A DNA stretch of 64,000 nt, taken from assembly GCA_051294905.1 (NCBI GenBank), contig CM119372.1, forward strand, positions 13,082,001 to 13,146,000, written 5' to 3'. The position numbers and the translations under genes are program-made. This DNA comes from Botryllus schlosseri. Taxonomy: Eukaryota. Position 1 is the stretch's first letter. Each line of letters starts with the position of its first letter. Below the pieces are notes generated by a model. It worked only from the letters and a program-made list of their open reading frames with translations, did not search any database and was not told the DNA's origin. Positions 1 through 29,920 of this stretch are shown here, piece by piece.

Positions 1-3000
1 TCTTGAAGATGGGATTGAGAGCCGACGACTTTGACACCAGTCTGAATTTACCTTTGATCTCGCCGAGTATGTATTTGTGCGATCTGCTGTAGCGATCACG
101 AATTTGCCAGTCCACATTTATTTCTGCAGGTAAAAGGACGAGTGAATTCTTTGCGGAATCGGAGGCCGGATTGGTGTCGACAAAACCCGATTGCGAAAGG
201 TGAAATTTGTACTTAGCTAGTTTTATCTTTTGTATGTTATTGCCAAAATGCAAGCTGTCGCGGTGCGAATGTGTTTATGCCGTTATACTCATTTAGCGTT
301 CGTCTCCTTACTTTCTTTGACGAGAATTTTCCATCGATGAAGTAGTGGGAATAGTTCAGGGTAATTGCTAGCAAAAGTCGTCAAAGCAGTCATCGTCGCT
401 ACTCAAAAGTAGGAGGAGCAAAGCCGTAAATTTCTACTCGATTTCACTTAGAATGAGCAATTTCAAAGGCACATCAAAACTACTAGAAGTAACAGTAAAA
501 GTGAATATCTTGAAGCACTCAAGTAAATAGTTTCAAAAGGTACATTTTGGTATAGTTGATCAGGATGATCACTTTTGAAATAACAGCATGCGTCTTCTCG
601 ACCGACGAAAAATGACCAATGGCACTACAAATGGGTGCAATTTCCGTTTACCGCGATACGGCGGCACTTTAACGAAGTCATCATGAGAATTTCACTTATA
701 AGATTGATGCAAGCACTCAGGCGCGTAGCCAGCCGAAAAGTAAGGGGGGTTTCGATTTTTTTTTATTTGCTAATATTGCATCATCATTTGGGTTATGTGC
801 ATGCGTAAATCACGATAAGCTTGCCAACGAGTCCGGAAGTACTGTCAATTAGCGAGTTCCTAATGAACAATTGAATATGCGCGCTCATCAACTCGGATTA
901 TGTAGCCTCAGCGATGATTTGCGCAAGTCAAAAACTCTAAATTTAATTACAATACAAGTCAACGTAATATTAGTAACTTCATTTAATGCTGTATTTTGAT
1001 ACAAGATATTTGTATGTGGTGTTATTGAAGTTTCTGCAAGGCGAAGTCCAGTTGCATACCACTAACTTGAGCATGATTATTCGGTATCTTTTGTAGAAAC
1101 GCAACTTTTCTGTTTGTTATAGCCTCTGTTATATTGCCAAGTGACACTTAATTACACTGTCGGAAAGTTTGTTTAAAAGTCTCCTTAGCTTTCACATATC
1201 ACTTGCCCTAAACAGATGCTCTTTACGACACTATGCAGAGAAATACATCCCAAACTTCTAAATAAATTTAAAATGTGATGTTTTATTTCTCTAATTAGTC
1301 GACAAGCATCCGACTTCTTGCATTTGGAATTGAGATATAGAGCTCTAATATATATATAAATATTATTATAAAGTTCTAAGGACCACTGGTCTTAAACATA
1401 ACATCTTGAGTACTCACAAAAAAGTACTTCATAACTGACCACCTCAGATTTTGATAAGAACGCAAGTCATAGTGATACTGACAGACCCTGCCAGTTATGA
1501 GTAACCGATATTTTATTGCAGTCAAATGTCGCCTGAAAATCCACAACAATGCCGACCAAAACTTTACGAAGGTTAGAATGAGAATTTGGATTAGCTGGCT
1601 GGCTTCATGCGCTCCGTTAATCTTTGATTTTTCACAGACCAACGTCATATTGGACAGGGTGATGGAGTTTCGGTTCACTTGCTAGCGGACAAAGAAATCC
1701 CTTGGCTGTCACGGAAAGACGCAGCGGGTTGGTTTAGTGCAGTAATTGTTGAAGATATCGAATAAGCAAAACATCAATGTTTGTCATGTGTTAGTGTTTT
1801 AATTATTTACGTACCGGCAGGGTTGTAATGACTCGAGTCAATCTGTGTATTGAGTCGACTCGAGTCAGTCTGTGTATCGACTCAACTCGGGTCATTGCGC
1901 ATGACTCGAACCAAGTCATAGGACTCTAGACTCAGACGGCGAAGACCGACATTTCATTGTAATTTCGAATAGTAAAGTAACCACACTATCGGCATTTCGT
2001 CTATTGGTTGGTACAGGTACTTAAAAATACGACCAGAAACTGCTAAAAGTGAGGAAAATTGGTATATTTTAAATGCGTACCATTCGATGTCGCCAAACAG
2101 AGTTATAAAAAGTGGTTTTAACAAGACTTTAACTGGAGACTGGGCAGTAGGGCTGTTCAAAAATAACTTTTTTTCCCGATTCAAGCCGGTCACCTCTTAA
2201 ATCGTCAGGTTGCAGTAGAAAACCTTGCTCACCAAATTTCACTCGATTCCAACCAATAAAGGCCTCCGCAGATCCAATTAAAATTTTTAATTTATTATGG
2301 AAAATTGGAAAAAAAAAATTTCCAAATTTTTCTGCCAACCCCATGAAATTGTTGAGCTGTCTTCAAAGACGTTGCAAAACAAATTTGAGTCAATTCCGAC
2401 TAGTAGAAGCGGAGTTTTGTAAGTTTTTCGATGATAATCCTCAGATTATCCTTGATCGGTGGATAATCCGCGATTTATCAACGAAAAACTCACATAACTC
2501 CGCTTCTACTGGTCGGAATTTTATCAAATTTGTTTTGCAACGTCTTTGAAGACAGCTCAACAATTTCATGGGGTTGGCAGAAAAATTTGGAAAAATTTTT
2601 TTTTTTAATTTTTCATAATAAATTAAAAATTTTAATTGGATCTGCCGAGTCCTATACTTGTCAGAATCGAACCTAATTTGGTGTGCAGCGTTTTTTAGGG
2701 TAACCTGACAATTTAATCAGTGAATGGCTGGAATCCGAAAAAAAAAGTTATTTTTGAACAGCCCAACTGGGCAGTCAACGAAATGACTCGGACTCGACCC
2801 TCTGCTCGCTGACTTGGACTCGGACTTGACTCGGTGGTGAATTGAAAAAGACTCGACTTGACTCGAGTCAAATCTAGAAATGTGAGATTGACTTGTGACT
2901 TGGTTACAACTCTGGATACCGGTGTCATAGTTTTAAATGTGCATCTCTAATGACACGCATTCATAAAATACTAATTTTTCTCACTTTTAAAAGTTTCTGG

Positions 3001-3644
3001 TCTAATTTTTAAGTACCAGTACCAATAGCGTGGTAACTTTACTATTCTTCGAAATTACAATAAATTGTCGGTCTTGGCCGTCCTAGCCTCGAGTCAATAC
3101 GCAGATTGACACAAGTCGAGTCATTGCAACCCTGCCAAAGTGCGTATCTATTCCATGATTCCTGCTAGCCGAGACACCAACCAATGTGTTATTTATTGAC
3201 ATTTCGCTGTCGGAGAAGTGCTTCAATTGTTAAATGAGTAAGTCAGCTCATTTTTGTTTTCACGGTGCTTGAGAAGGTCAGAGTACCCAACTAGTCATCA
3301 TTCTCAACTGGGAACTACTGGAAAAGCATTGTATGCCGTGTTCAACAGAAGAGACGTGGTTGTTGTAGTACTCACTTGAGCTATTCGAATATGAGTAGTA
3401 GTAGTAGTAGTGGTGCTTTCCTGCGGCATGTCAAAGTTCCTAAGGCGGCAGTTTATTTTTGTGGCCTTTTGGAAATTTGAAGGCACACCCTCCGCTACTC
3501 GCATCATTGCAATGTCATCGTACAGGTCTGTCGGCCATGAGCTTGTTCGACTCGGCTACCGCGGAGGAAGTTGACGCACGGGACGAGATTGAGACCTGGG
3601 AGGAGTTTGAAAGCATGTCGATGGACATTCCCGATTGCCTGTAA
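1..3644 (+). CDS. 3' part of an unidentified multi-exon protein-coding gene (5' end outside window)
   Basis: Phase-consistent GT-AG exons read by hand: 1-66, 130-199, 1041-1083, 1522-1571, 1638-1727, 3526-3644 (stop), with short introns of 63 and 66 nt among them. C-terminal part reads ...EVQLHTTNLSMIIRQMSPENPQQCRPKLYEDQRHIGQGDGVSVHLLADKEIPWLSRKDAAGLSAMSLFDSATAEEVDARDEIETWEEFESMSMDIPDCL*. Exons between 255 and 900 are ambiguous. Product not recognised. Confidence 0.55.
1816..3136. mobile_element. Non-autonomous DNA transposon (MITE) with long imperfect terminal inverted repeats
   Basis: GGCAGGGTTGTAATGACTCGA at 1816 versus TCGAGTCATTGCAACCCTGCC ending 3136; inverted similarity extends roughly 200 bp inward; GACTCG-rich subterminal motifs; no ORF; no clear TSD. 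Confidence 0.75.
2148..2766. mobile_element. hAT-type MITE nested in the 1816-3136 element; almost entirely palindromic
   Basis: TAGGGCTGTTCAAAAATAAC ... GTTATTTTTGAACAGCCCAA; exact 8-bp TSD CTGGGCAG (2140-2147, 2767-2774); internal arms ~2265-2390 and ~2523-2645 are near-perfect reverse complements. Confidence 0.85.
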
Positions 3645-3920
3645 AACGGTGACCTATCGTTTTTTCGCGTTGAAAACAATTTGCGATTGAAATTGATGAA
3701 TTTTTTGTTGTGCGTTTTTTTTTCTCATGCACTCGTTCTCGATAGAAGCAGATTTATTTTATCTAGTTTTTGAATTTCTCTAATAAAGGTTTTTATCTGT
3801 GGACAGTAGCGGGTGTTGATCGGTAGTACTATTGTGGAACATCGATTTGTTAATTGCCGGTATCTGTTATCCTGGCTGTTTTGTGTATTACTTATTTTGG
3901 AGCCTTCGCACAGTCTTAAC

Positions 3921-5072
3921 CAGAGGTGGTCAGTAACGAAGTACTTCTACTTTGTCGAAGTACGTGAGTAGTTTTCCTCTACTTCTGGTACTTACTCAAG
4001 TAGATCTGATTTTCGCTACTTTTTCTTCGTAATATTTTGTGATCTACTTACTTACATTTCGCTGTTTTCAGTTTGTCAAGTAGAAGTAGTTTAATCCTCC
4101 AACGGGAAGATAGGCTGATGATTTTCAGGGCTGTTTTCACGGAGCATCAATATTTAATTTTCATAAAATTTGAGTAAAACCCAGAATTTTCGTCCCGCTT
4201 CGTGCGCAGGGTATATAAGTTAACCAGTATGATTTCACGAAAGTATTGGGGAATATAATTTAGGTAGGGGATTGGCGTGGTTCTGTTCACACCGCATTGT
4301 CGCCCTTCGCAAATCAAATATTTCATCACAGTATATAATATTATGGCTCACGCTCACTGATGTTTCGCAATCTAGCATTTACTTATCATATCGTAATCTA
4401 GCAGTCCATGGCGTGTCCTAATCTGAAATAGTGGTCTCTGATTTTTTTTAGTTTTAGAACTGTTTTAGCATACCAATCTTCGAAACTTTCTGGACTAAAG
4501 ACATGAAATACATCTTCCGCTTTTAGAAGTAGTATTTACATTATATTTCATTTTCAATGCCCAGTATCATATACTTTGAGTTTTAATTAATATCAGTTCT
4601 TTTGTATGAATAACATACATGTTGAACAGTTGTAGTATAGAAGCAAGTGTGGTAATGCCTTCAAGTTCTGGAAATAAAGCTACACAGTATGGCATTTTTA
4701 CGATCCACCATACGTGCTGTTCGAGTAAAGAGAGGATTAGTATCGCATTTCCATATCAATACCATCATTTTCATCCCGTGATGCGGACGAATGCCTATGC
4801 TGTCGAAAATTGGATACCTCCTGGTAGGCTATGCATCAATAAGAATCAAGCTCTGCAACTTTGGCATAGTTCAATTGGCACCTTTTGACACTCTGTGAAC
4901 GAATTACGATCGTTTTCACTACTACTTACTTGAGTAGATTTAAAGTTAGTCAATTCTACTTCAAGTATATTTAGGTTGCTCACGGAAGAAGTACTTCTAC
5001 TCGTACTTGGAGTAGATTTTTACGTCGCTACTTCTACTTGAGTAGCTTTCTTGACTACTTTGACCACCTCTG
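3921..5072. mobile_element. hAT-type MITE (CAGAGGTGGTCA family)
   Basis: TIR CAGAGGTGGTCA / TGACCACCTCTG; 8-bp TSD GTCTTAAC / GTCTCAAC (1 mismatch); subterminal TACTTCTACT repeats; related copies or fragments near 7998, 14586, 20884, 23385 and 37924. Confidence 0.85.
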
Positions 5073-5850
5073 GTCTCAACCCACAGAGGTTCGCTCATTT
5101 ATATTGCATGTTGTGACATATTCAAAGAGGCTAAACTAATACTGAAACCGAAATATATACTTCCAAAACTACTTGGAATTATTACAAACAAATTTGATGG
5201 ATGACTGGCAACACAAAAATTTTAGCAACACTTCCTAAATTCCTTCTACGGTGAAAGAGCGGGGCCACAATTTTTGGCTCATGAAAGTGTCACGGAGCTG
5301 TGCTCTGGGGGTAAACTTCACGTGCATTTCTTGAACCTCGCGTTCCAGTTTAGTATCAGACAGCGAGTACAAGTCCTTTGCAATGAAACCCAAGCCCCTG
5401 GATCACAACCTACTAACACTCCATTCATTCTTCTGGGGATTGTGTATTAGGGCTGTTCAAAAAACCTTTTTCTTCAGATTTCACAGGCTACGTGATAAAA
5501 TCGTTAGGTTGGTGAAAACAACGCTACACACCAACTTTGGCTCAATTCCAACCACTAGAAGCGATATTATTGCAGTAGAAAGTCCTGAAAATTTAATAAC
5601 CCACTTTTTCGTTTTGGAAAAAGTCATTTTCACTCCACCCTAATGACCATCATAGCTGAACCCCCACAGCAGTACAATAATATCCACAAGATTGCTACTT
5701 TTGCGTCCATATACATATATTCACCAGAAGTTATGTCACGTTATGCCATTTGTGCTAGTGTTAGAACATACAATGACCACCAGTTATATGATTAATAATG
5801 ACTAGTCCTAGAAACACAAGAGTCCGATACAGAGACGAAAGCAAATACAA

Positions 5851-8800
5851 CTATTCCATCTTGTCTTTGTCAGAGCTCGAATCTTCTTCCATATTATCCG
5901 CGATATCGGACGTGACCATTTTGCCTCGCTGAAACCATCAGACAATATTTAAATGAGTGTACAAGAGATGCACAACTGATTGAAAAAATAGAAGTTAATC
6001 ACACCACTACTAGCATATCAGTGTTACACACCCCTATGTGCAGCATTCTGGTTATCACCCTGCATGCGTGGCTCAGCTCCCAAGTCCTGATTGTACAGGT
6101 CAGCTAGTGGATCGCTGTTGAATCCTGGTGCCTATGTCCAATTAAAGCACAACTTTAGTTATGACACCTATGATATTGCGTCATGATTTATTCATTATCG
6201 TGTATATTTTATTTCGATTTTGAAATGTCTTCAAAATGTGGAATCGTTTAACTTCTGATAAACAGAATCGTCTCATCAACTTTTGTAAAAACTGAAGATC
6301 TAGTCTGAAATATGTTAGTACATACAGCTCGTTACTAGTGTGACTGGCCAATTTAACACTCCTCTCAATGGAGAAATTGCATGATCACCCCCCAATCTTG
6401 ATACCGGTATAGTAAGATACATACGATTAGGTACCGTATTTGCCAAACTTCGAAAATAACATTTTCAAGGGAAATGTGTACAGCACAGCACGAAAAGTCA
6501 TGTACAAAGAGATTGACTTGCTGAATTTTAACTCAATAAATTGAGTTATACGGCAGCGTGAAATTTGAACAAGGTGTCTAACAATTTGCTGATGGAACTT
6601 GTACACCATGTGCAGACATTCCTCACCCACCAGTACAAAATAATCACCACCCAAATCAAGATTTCCTTGAAACTCATGCAGCCTCAAACCACCCGATATT
6701 GAAATAATACCTTTGAATATACTTACAAGCCATTCCAGTGTCGTAAGTTCGGTACATAGAGCAAACAAGGATTCCAGCATTTGCTTGGCGTGCTGAATGT
6801 TTTCCTGCGCAGTCGCGATCATCGATGACGATAGCTCTCTAAACGAAGTCTTCCCCGACAAGTCCCGCACCAAAGTATCCAAATAATCTTTAGCCCACGC
6901 GAGCTGGCAAGAAAAACACAGCGTTACAGCAAAAAGAAACGCGAGACACTCAAGATATACATACATTTTTAGTCCAATATTCTCCGTCCGGTATTTTAGA
7001 AGCAATCGAAAGCAGAGTAGAGCAGGATTCTTGCAAGCCCTTTGTAAGAGATCGGGCTTTTTCCAGAACATTGACTTCAGCAACCTGTTTTGACAATATA
7101 TCATGGATGTATTAGCAGCTTGTCCACGGAGAAGATGATTGAAACCGTACCATGTCGGAAGAACGTGTCTTGATTTCTTGCCAAGCTGCCACAACATTCT
7201 CTTGAGACGTGGCAAGGCTTTGCTTGGCGGCATCGTTCACGGCGGACACTTTTGTGGTTATTTGTGCGCTGGTGCTGTCCATGTTATCTTTCGCGTAGCT
7301 GATCTAAGCAGGCAATACTGTTGAGTTTACAATCGGCGTCAATCACATAATGTAACATACCAAGTCGACGGTAAACTGGAGTCGGTTCAGTGTCTCAACG
7401 CTTCGCTTTTGAACGCCGTGGAATTTGTTCATGGCTCTGTTGTAAGCGCGTTGACGGACCTAAAATTGAAGACAGTTAGTACATTAGTCCTAGCAATTTC
7501 CATAAACCGCGAGTTTACCCTTTTGCTGAGAACTTGCAGACGGTCCTTCGGGGAAAGAGAGTCTTCGATGTCCATGCTGCTTGTGTCTGAACGAAAAATA
7601 TGGGATTGCGGTAACTGGTCACCTGGTCTATCAACAACACACATTTTGTTCACGTTGCAGGACAGAAACTATTCAACATTCGATCGACCCAATCTAACCT
7701 ATTCAGCCTCTTGTGCTGTTCAAGTATGGAAGTATGTCTCACCAGATTCATCATCGCTAGAGTCATCCTCGGAACTTTCACAGTCCTCTTTCACCGCAGG
7801 CAAGTAATAGTCGATGTAGTCCTCTGTCTTCGACAGTGCCGAATCGATTCGACGAGCCACAGCGGCTTTAGCTGATCCGTAGATCTAAAATTAAGGTCAC
7901 TCAATGAAACGAGATCGTTTGGTGGTGGTATCGCTATCGAGTGAAACAATGACATGGACCTTGTGTTTTCACTAGATTGTTAGTACTGGTTGATAACCAG
8001 AGTTGGGCAATAACAAAGTACTTCTACTTTTTCGGAGTGGTCAAGTAGGATTTGTTGACCTGCTCTACTTACTCAAGTGGTAAAGATTTCAAGACTACTT
8101 TCACTTTTATTCAACAGTTTTTTTGGACAAACAAGGCCTAGCGAGAATAATTACTTTATTACTACTTTGAAATCAATTCTTTTAGTTGCATTCTAGTAGA
8201 AATTTACATTATTTCTACTTCCCCTTTGACCACTGCTGGTGATAAAACACCATCAATATAATATTCATTTCATCAGCAATGCGGTTTAGATAGGCTAAAC
8301 GGATAAAATATCAGAAATCGACATTTTTGATCCGAAATAGTTGAATGTTTATAAAACAGTAGCAAGATCCATGGCATAGTTGAAGAAGGTGTCAATATAT
8401 CTCAAGTTCTATGCATATAGCCATATCCAAGAAAACTATTATGTTAACAAGTCGGAATCATTAAAATCACAAGTATCACAAAATTGAGGGCAGTCTTCAC
8501 AGAGAACGTACCTCATCTGGCTCATCACAGATCTGAGGAACTACTCCTTCCAGTTTGTCAAGTCCGCGATTTGCGTAAGAGTTGACGGTCGGCGCCAATC
8601 TGTCGACAACTGGTTTGGTTGTGGACAGAGCCACGGATGCAGCGCCAGAGGTCACTTTCTCGGCGAACTGAAACCAGAAAAGTTATGACATCTGTTAGAC
8701 GAGAGTATGGCTGGCATTTGGCTGAAAACGATAGATGCAGACTGCATAAGTGCAGAGCAATCTCTGTTTTGGTTCAAATATGGCCACGGAGATCTTGACC

Positions 8801-9266
8801 CAACATGTATTTCATAACAGATTAATTTATCTTACTGTAATACCATAGTGTAAAACTTTTGAATCCACATCAAATTACCAGTTAAGCTCGGAGGTTGATA
8901 GTTTTTTTCACTAATCAATAGGTAGCCATTAAGGAACACTATTAGGCCTTGCCCAATACCGATTGAATAATGCAATGCAATCACAAAATAAGTCAAGATC
9001 TGTATACCTCGAGGTACGGCGTGACGGATGGATAGGTCTTCTTTGCCGAAGAATAATAGCTGCACATTAGATCAAATGTGTTAGCAACCAAGGGAAGATT
9101 GCCAACTCTTTGTAACGCGTTACCCTGGAAAGAATTTCAATGAGTTTCAGCTGTCTAATGTGTAGAATTAATACCAATTTACCTGCTGCCGCATCAACAT
9201 GTCTTCATAGGGCGAACTTTCAGGCGTGTATTGAACAGGCCCTATATCTGTAGCTGCTGAAGCCAT
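5851..9266 (-). CDS. PLIN: Perilipin (PAT-family lipid-droplet coat protein)
   Basis: Exons 9266-9183, 9124-9008, 8667-8512, 7884-7743, 7622-7519, 7459-7361, 7303-7151, 7084-6965, 6903-6727, all GT-AG and in phase. PAT-domain signatures NALQRVGNLPLV...YSSAKKTYP and YANRGLDKLE; VRQRAYNRAM. The 3' end is uncertain: candidate exons 6665-6546 and 5928-5851. Confidence 0.85.
7998..8238. mobile_element. Short degenerate copy of the CAGAGGTGGTCA MITE in perilipin intron 3
   Basis: CAGAGTTGGGCA...TGACCACTGCTG; flanks TTGATAAC / GTGATAAA (6 of 8 identical); AAGTACTTCTACT motifs shared with 3921-5072. Confidence 0.65.
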
Positions 9267-11580
9267 TTCGTGGCGATGACAATAAAATAATAAGATAACT
9301 TACAATATTCGAAGAGTGCTAGACAAAAATATTAGGGTAAGAGTACTTCTACTATAATACCATCTCCATAATAGTATACAGTAGTAGGCCTATAGTATAC
9401 ATACAGCTACCGAACCCTCTACACTAGTTTTTACCTTCCATGCATCGTCCTTTTATGTCCCACTCTATATGATTGCGTCACTAGAATACATTTCGTAATA
9501 CTGCCTAATAGTACTTTACAGGTACACGTCATAAATTCGAGGAGTTAAATCTACGAGGAAATGCCCAATTGGACTGTAGTTCAAAGGGCAAAGCTCACAA
9601 TTTTCCTGCTAGGTCCATACGTACTTCAACAGGGAGTATTTCGCCATTACACCGTTGCCTAAGCAAACATCAATAAAATGTAAGCCAATCAACACTACAT
9701 TCCAAACGCGCAATGCTCAGGTCTAGTCATCGGCATGTGAGATTGTGAGGGCGAATCGTGGTCAAAGTCCGTGTTGTGTTGCAATCGTTGGAGGAAATCA
9801 CGTTTTTGCCGCGTGATCGAAGAATACGTTGGTTGAAAAATTATGTTGATTGTTCAATTGCAGTGTACGCATGCAAATAACAGTAATCTGCGCATTAGAA
9901 AACTGAGACTATAGCAATCGCCACAACAGTACTCAGGCAGGTCTGACACAGTGATATCTTAAGCGAGCCCATACCGAGTCCACTGAACAATAAGCGTTAC
10001 TCCACTTCCCGTTTCCACGATATTTTCTGTTCTTTTTTGAATATCTGAAGTACAATATGGACTGTTGGATTGTGAGACTATCCCAAGTCGTTTCGATTCC
10101 TTCCTACCTGTTCAATGCATCACAATCTAGTGGTGTTTTGAAATGATGACACCGACTTTGCCTGTACTGCGTGCTGTAACATGCCTCGAATCCACTCTTG
10201 ATTGCCTGCCCTTGCCACTTTTTGATGATTCTGTGGACTAGGCCCATTTGTCATCGAGTGTGCCTGCCTCTTCAACCGTTTGCTACTATCCATATTTCTG
10301 GGCCAATGTGTGGGTTTGCTTGATGGACTTCACACCAAGCCGTTTCGAATTCTTTCCGTTGATTCTAGTAATAGGAATCGGTCATATCAAATAAATATCT
10401 TAGCGATACTGGGTGCGGGGAAGTCCGAACCCACCAAGCTAAATTCCTCCAAATCATTTATATTCCTCACCAAAACTGCATTTTCATTACGAGGTTTTCC
10501 AGACTTTCACCCACCCTTTTTTAAGATAATGCTGCCAAAAGTACGATATATATACCTTCAAGCAGCGTCGGGACGACTCGAGTCTCAAGATTTTTGTATG
10601 ACTTGACTTGTCTCACCTTGCAAAATTGACTTGTTTCAGAAATGTGGATTAACTTCAGATGACTTGTGACTTGATCCCAACACTACCTTCCAAGTACGTC
10701 CTGGAACTCTCGTCAGTGCGAGGACCGTGTTGTAACATTCCTATACATCAAGCCAATGCACAAATAGTACGATAATAATTTATTTCATAATGTCACAAGT
10801 CGCCATAATCTAATGCAAACGGCTACCTATTTACACACGGAACAGCCGATATTTGCCGGATATCGGGCATAAATCACTTCGATATTTCAGTCTCGTCGTT
10901 GTTTACGTCTGAAACAAGCAGCAGTCAATACGACATCAACGAAAAGTCAACTAACTATTGGATACACGGGATTAAAATTCAAAAGAAACTATATTCGATT
11001 CAACGTAGAAATCTCCTAGGTCGGTCCAGGAGTGCTTTACATTTTCACATAGCGTAACATAAGGAGTCTTCATCGTAAGACACGATGAAGCAAAAAAATC
11101 TAGCAATGTGTAGAAATATTGCCGAGAAGCTCATACCCATACACGGAAACAGCAGCATTCGTGGATGATCAAGAAAGCAAGAAGCGAAACGTCACTAACG
11201 GAACACGACTGATATAATAGATTGTGTTTGATTTAGCACCGGAAAATTTCGAATCACGTCACAGACATGCGGTTGATCGTATAGACTTGACGGGACCAAA
11301 GCACAAATACACTTATAATATACGGCAATCACAATATCTATGATACATTATCATGAGGATGATTGACTACATTGTCTAAATATGGATTTGGTCCGCGAAA
11401 GTGTCGACAGGAAGATAAAAAGAAACTGTGTCCGAATCTTAAATTTTCTCTTATACTTGAGATTCGAAAAAGTCGACTAATCAGTCAATAATTGCGATTT
11501 TCAATCATGCAGACCGCCTAAGCCTCCACTTCATCGTTCAATTGCCGATCTAGTCAGCCGCCAGGACCGGTGCTCGACAT

Positions 11581-29203
<17,623 letters not shown>

Positions 29204-29920
29204 CTTAAGCTATCAGATCACACGTTACAACACTAAATACAGTAGTACAGTTAACTTTCATGCACCAGGCAACTCAAGAATCCTATTTCAGAAAACAATG
29301 CACTTTCTCAATTTTGCAAAGCTATAAAATGAGCGCTGTGTCGAATAAAAACACACACTCATTGCTGTCAGACTGGAAAGTGTGTTTTCTCAATCTCATT
29401 TCCTATGCCCCATGTCGATGCAAGCAAACCTCAACCGTATATCTGTGTCATTCTACAAGTGCCACTATCCAGTAAAACTTTAAAATGGACTTTGTGGGAC
29501 AGTGATATGTATATACTCAATATCCATTCAGTCTCAAGGTGATTAGATTAGACCCAAATTGTACAGAAGAGCTTGTACCAATCTCGGTGTCCATTTGCAG
29601 GATTTTATTCCATCGTAGTAAGACAATTGATGTCACTTAGTTCAATTTTCATCATACAAACATATATAGTTTTATTATATAAAAGTGTATGGATGAAAGA
29701 CCAAGTACATATCAGGATAATATAGTTGGATTATATAGGTCAACAGGTTCATTTTCTCGCTATAAAATAATCCCGATAGCAACCTACACCTGTTACCGTA
29801 TACCACAGTTACGGTATAGGCAGTGACAAATCGTTTCATTTGTATCATCCCATGTAGGATGTATAGTCAACACATCAATTTCATTACGCTGATTTCGTTG
29901 CAGGTTTCAATCAGATCACC

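Noticed and set aside
1-275. About 90 open codons on the minus strand at the window edge
   Set aside because: Antisense shadow of plus-strand exons 1-66 and 130-199, which have proper splice sites.
3390-3415. (GTA)n microsatellite producing poly-Thr in ORF 3304-3507
   Set aside because: Intronic simple repeat; the ORF is incidental.
6427-7233. 268-aa ORF in the track
   Set aside because: Read-through of perilipin exons and short introns; only the 6903-6727 exon portion is in the true frame.
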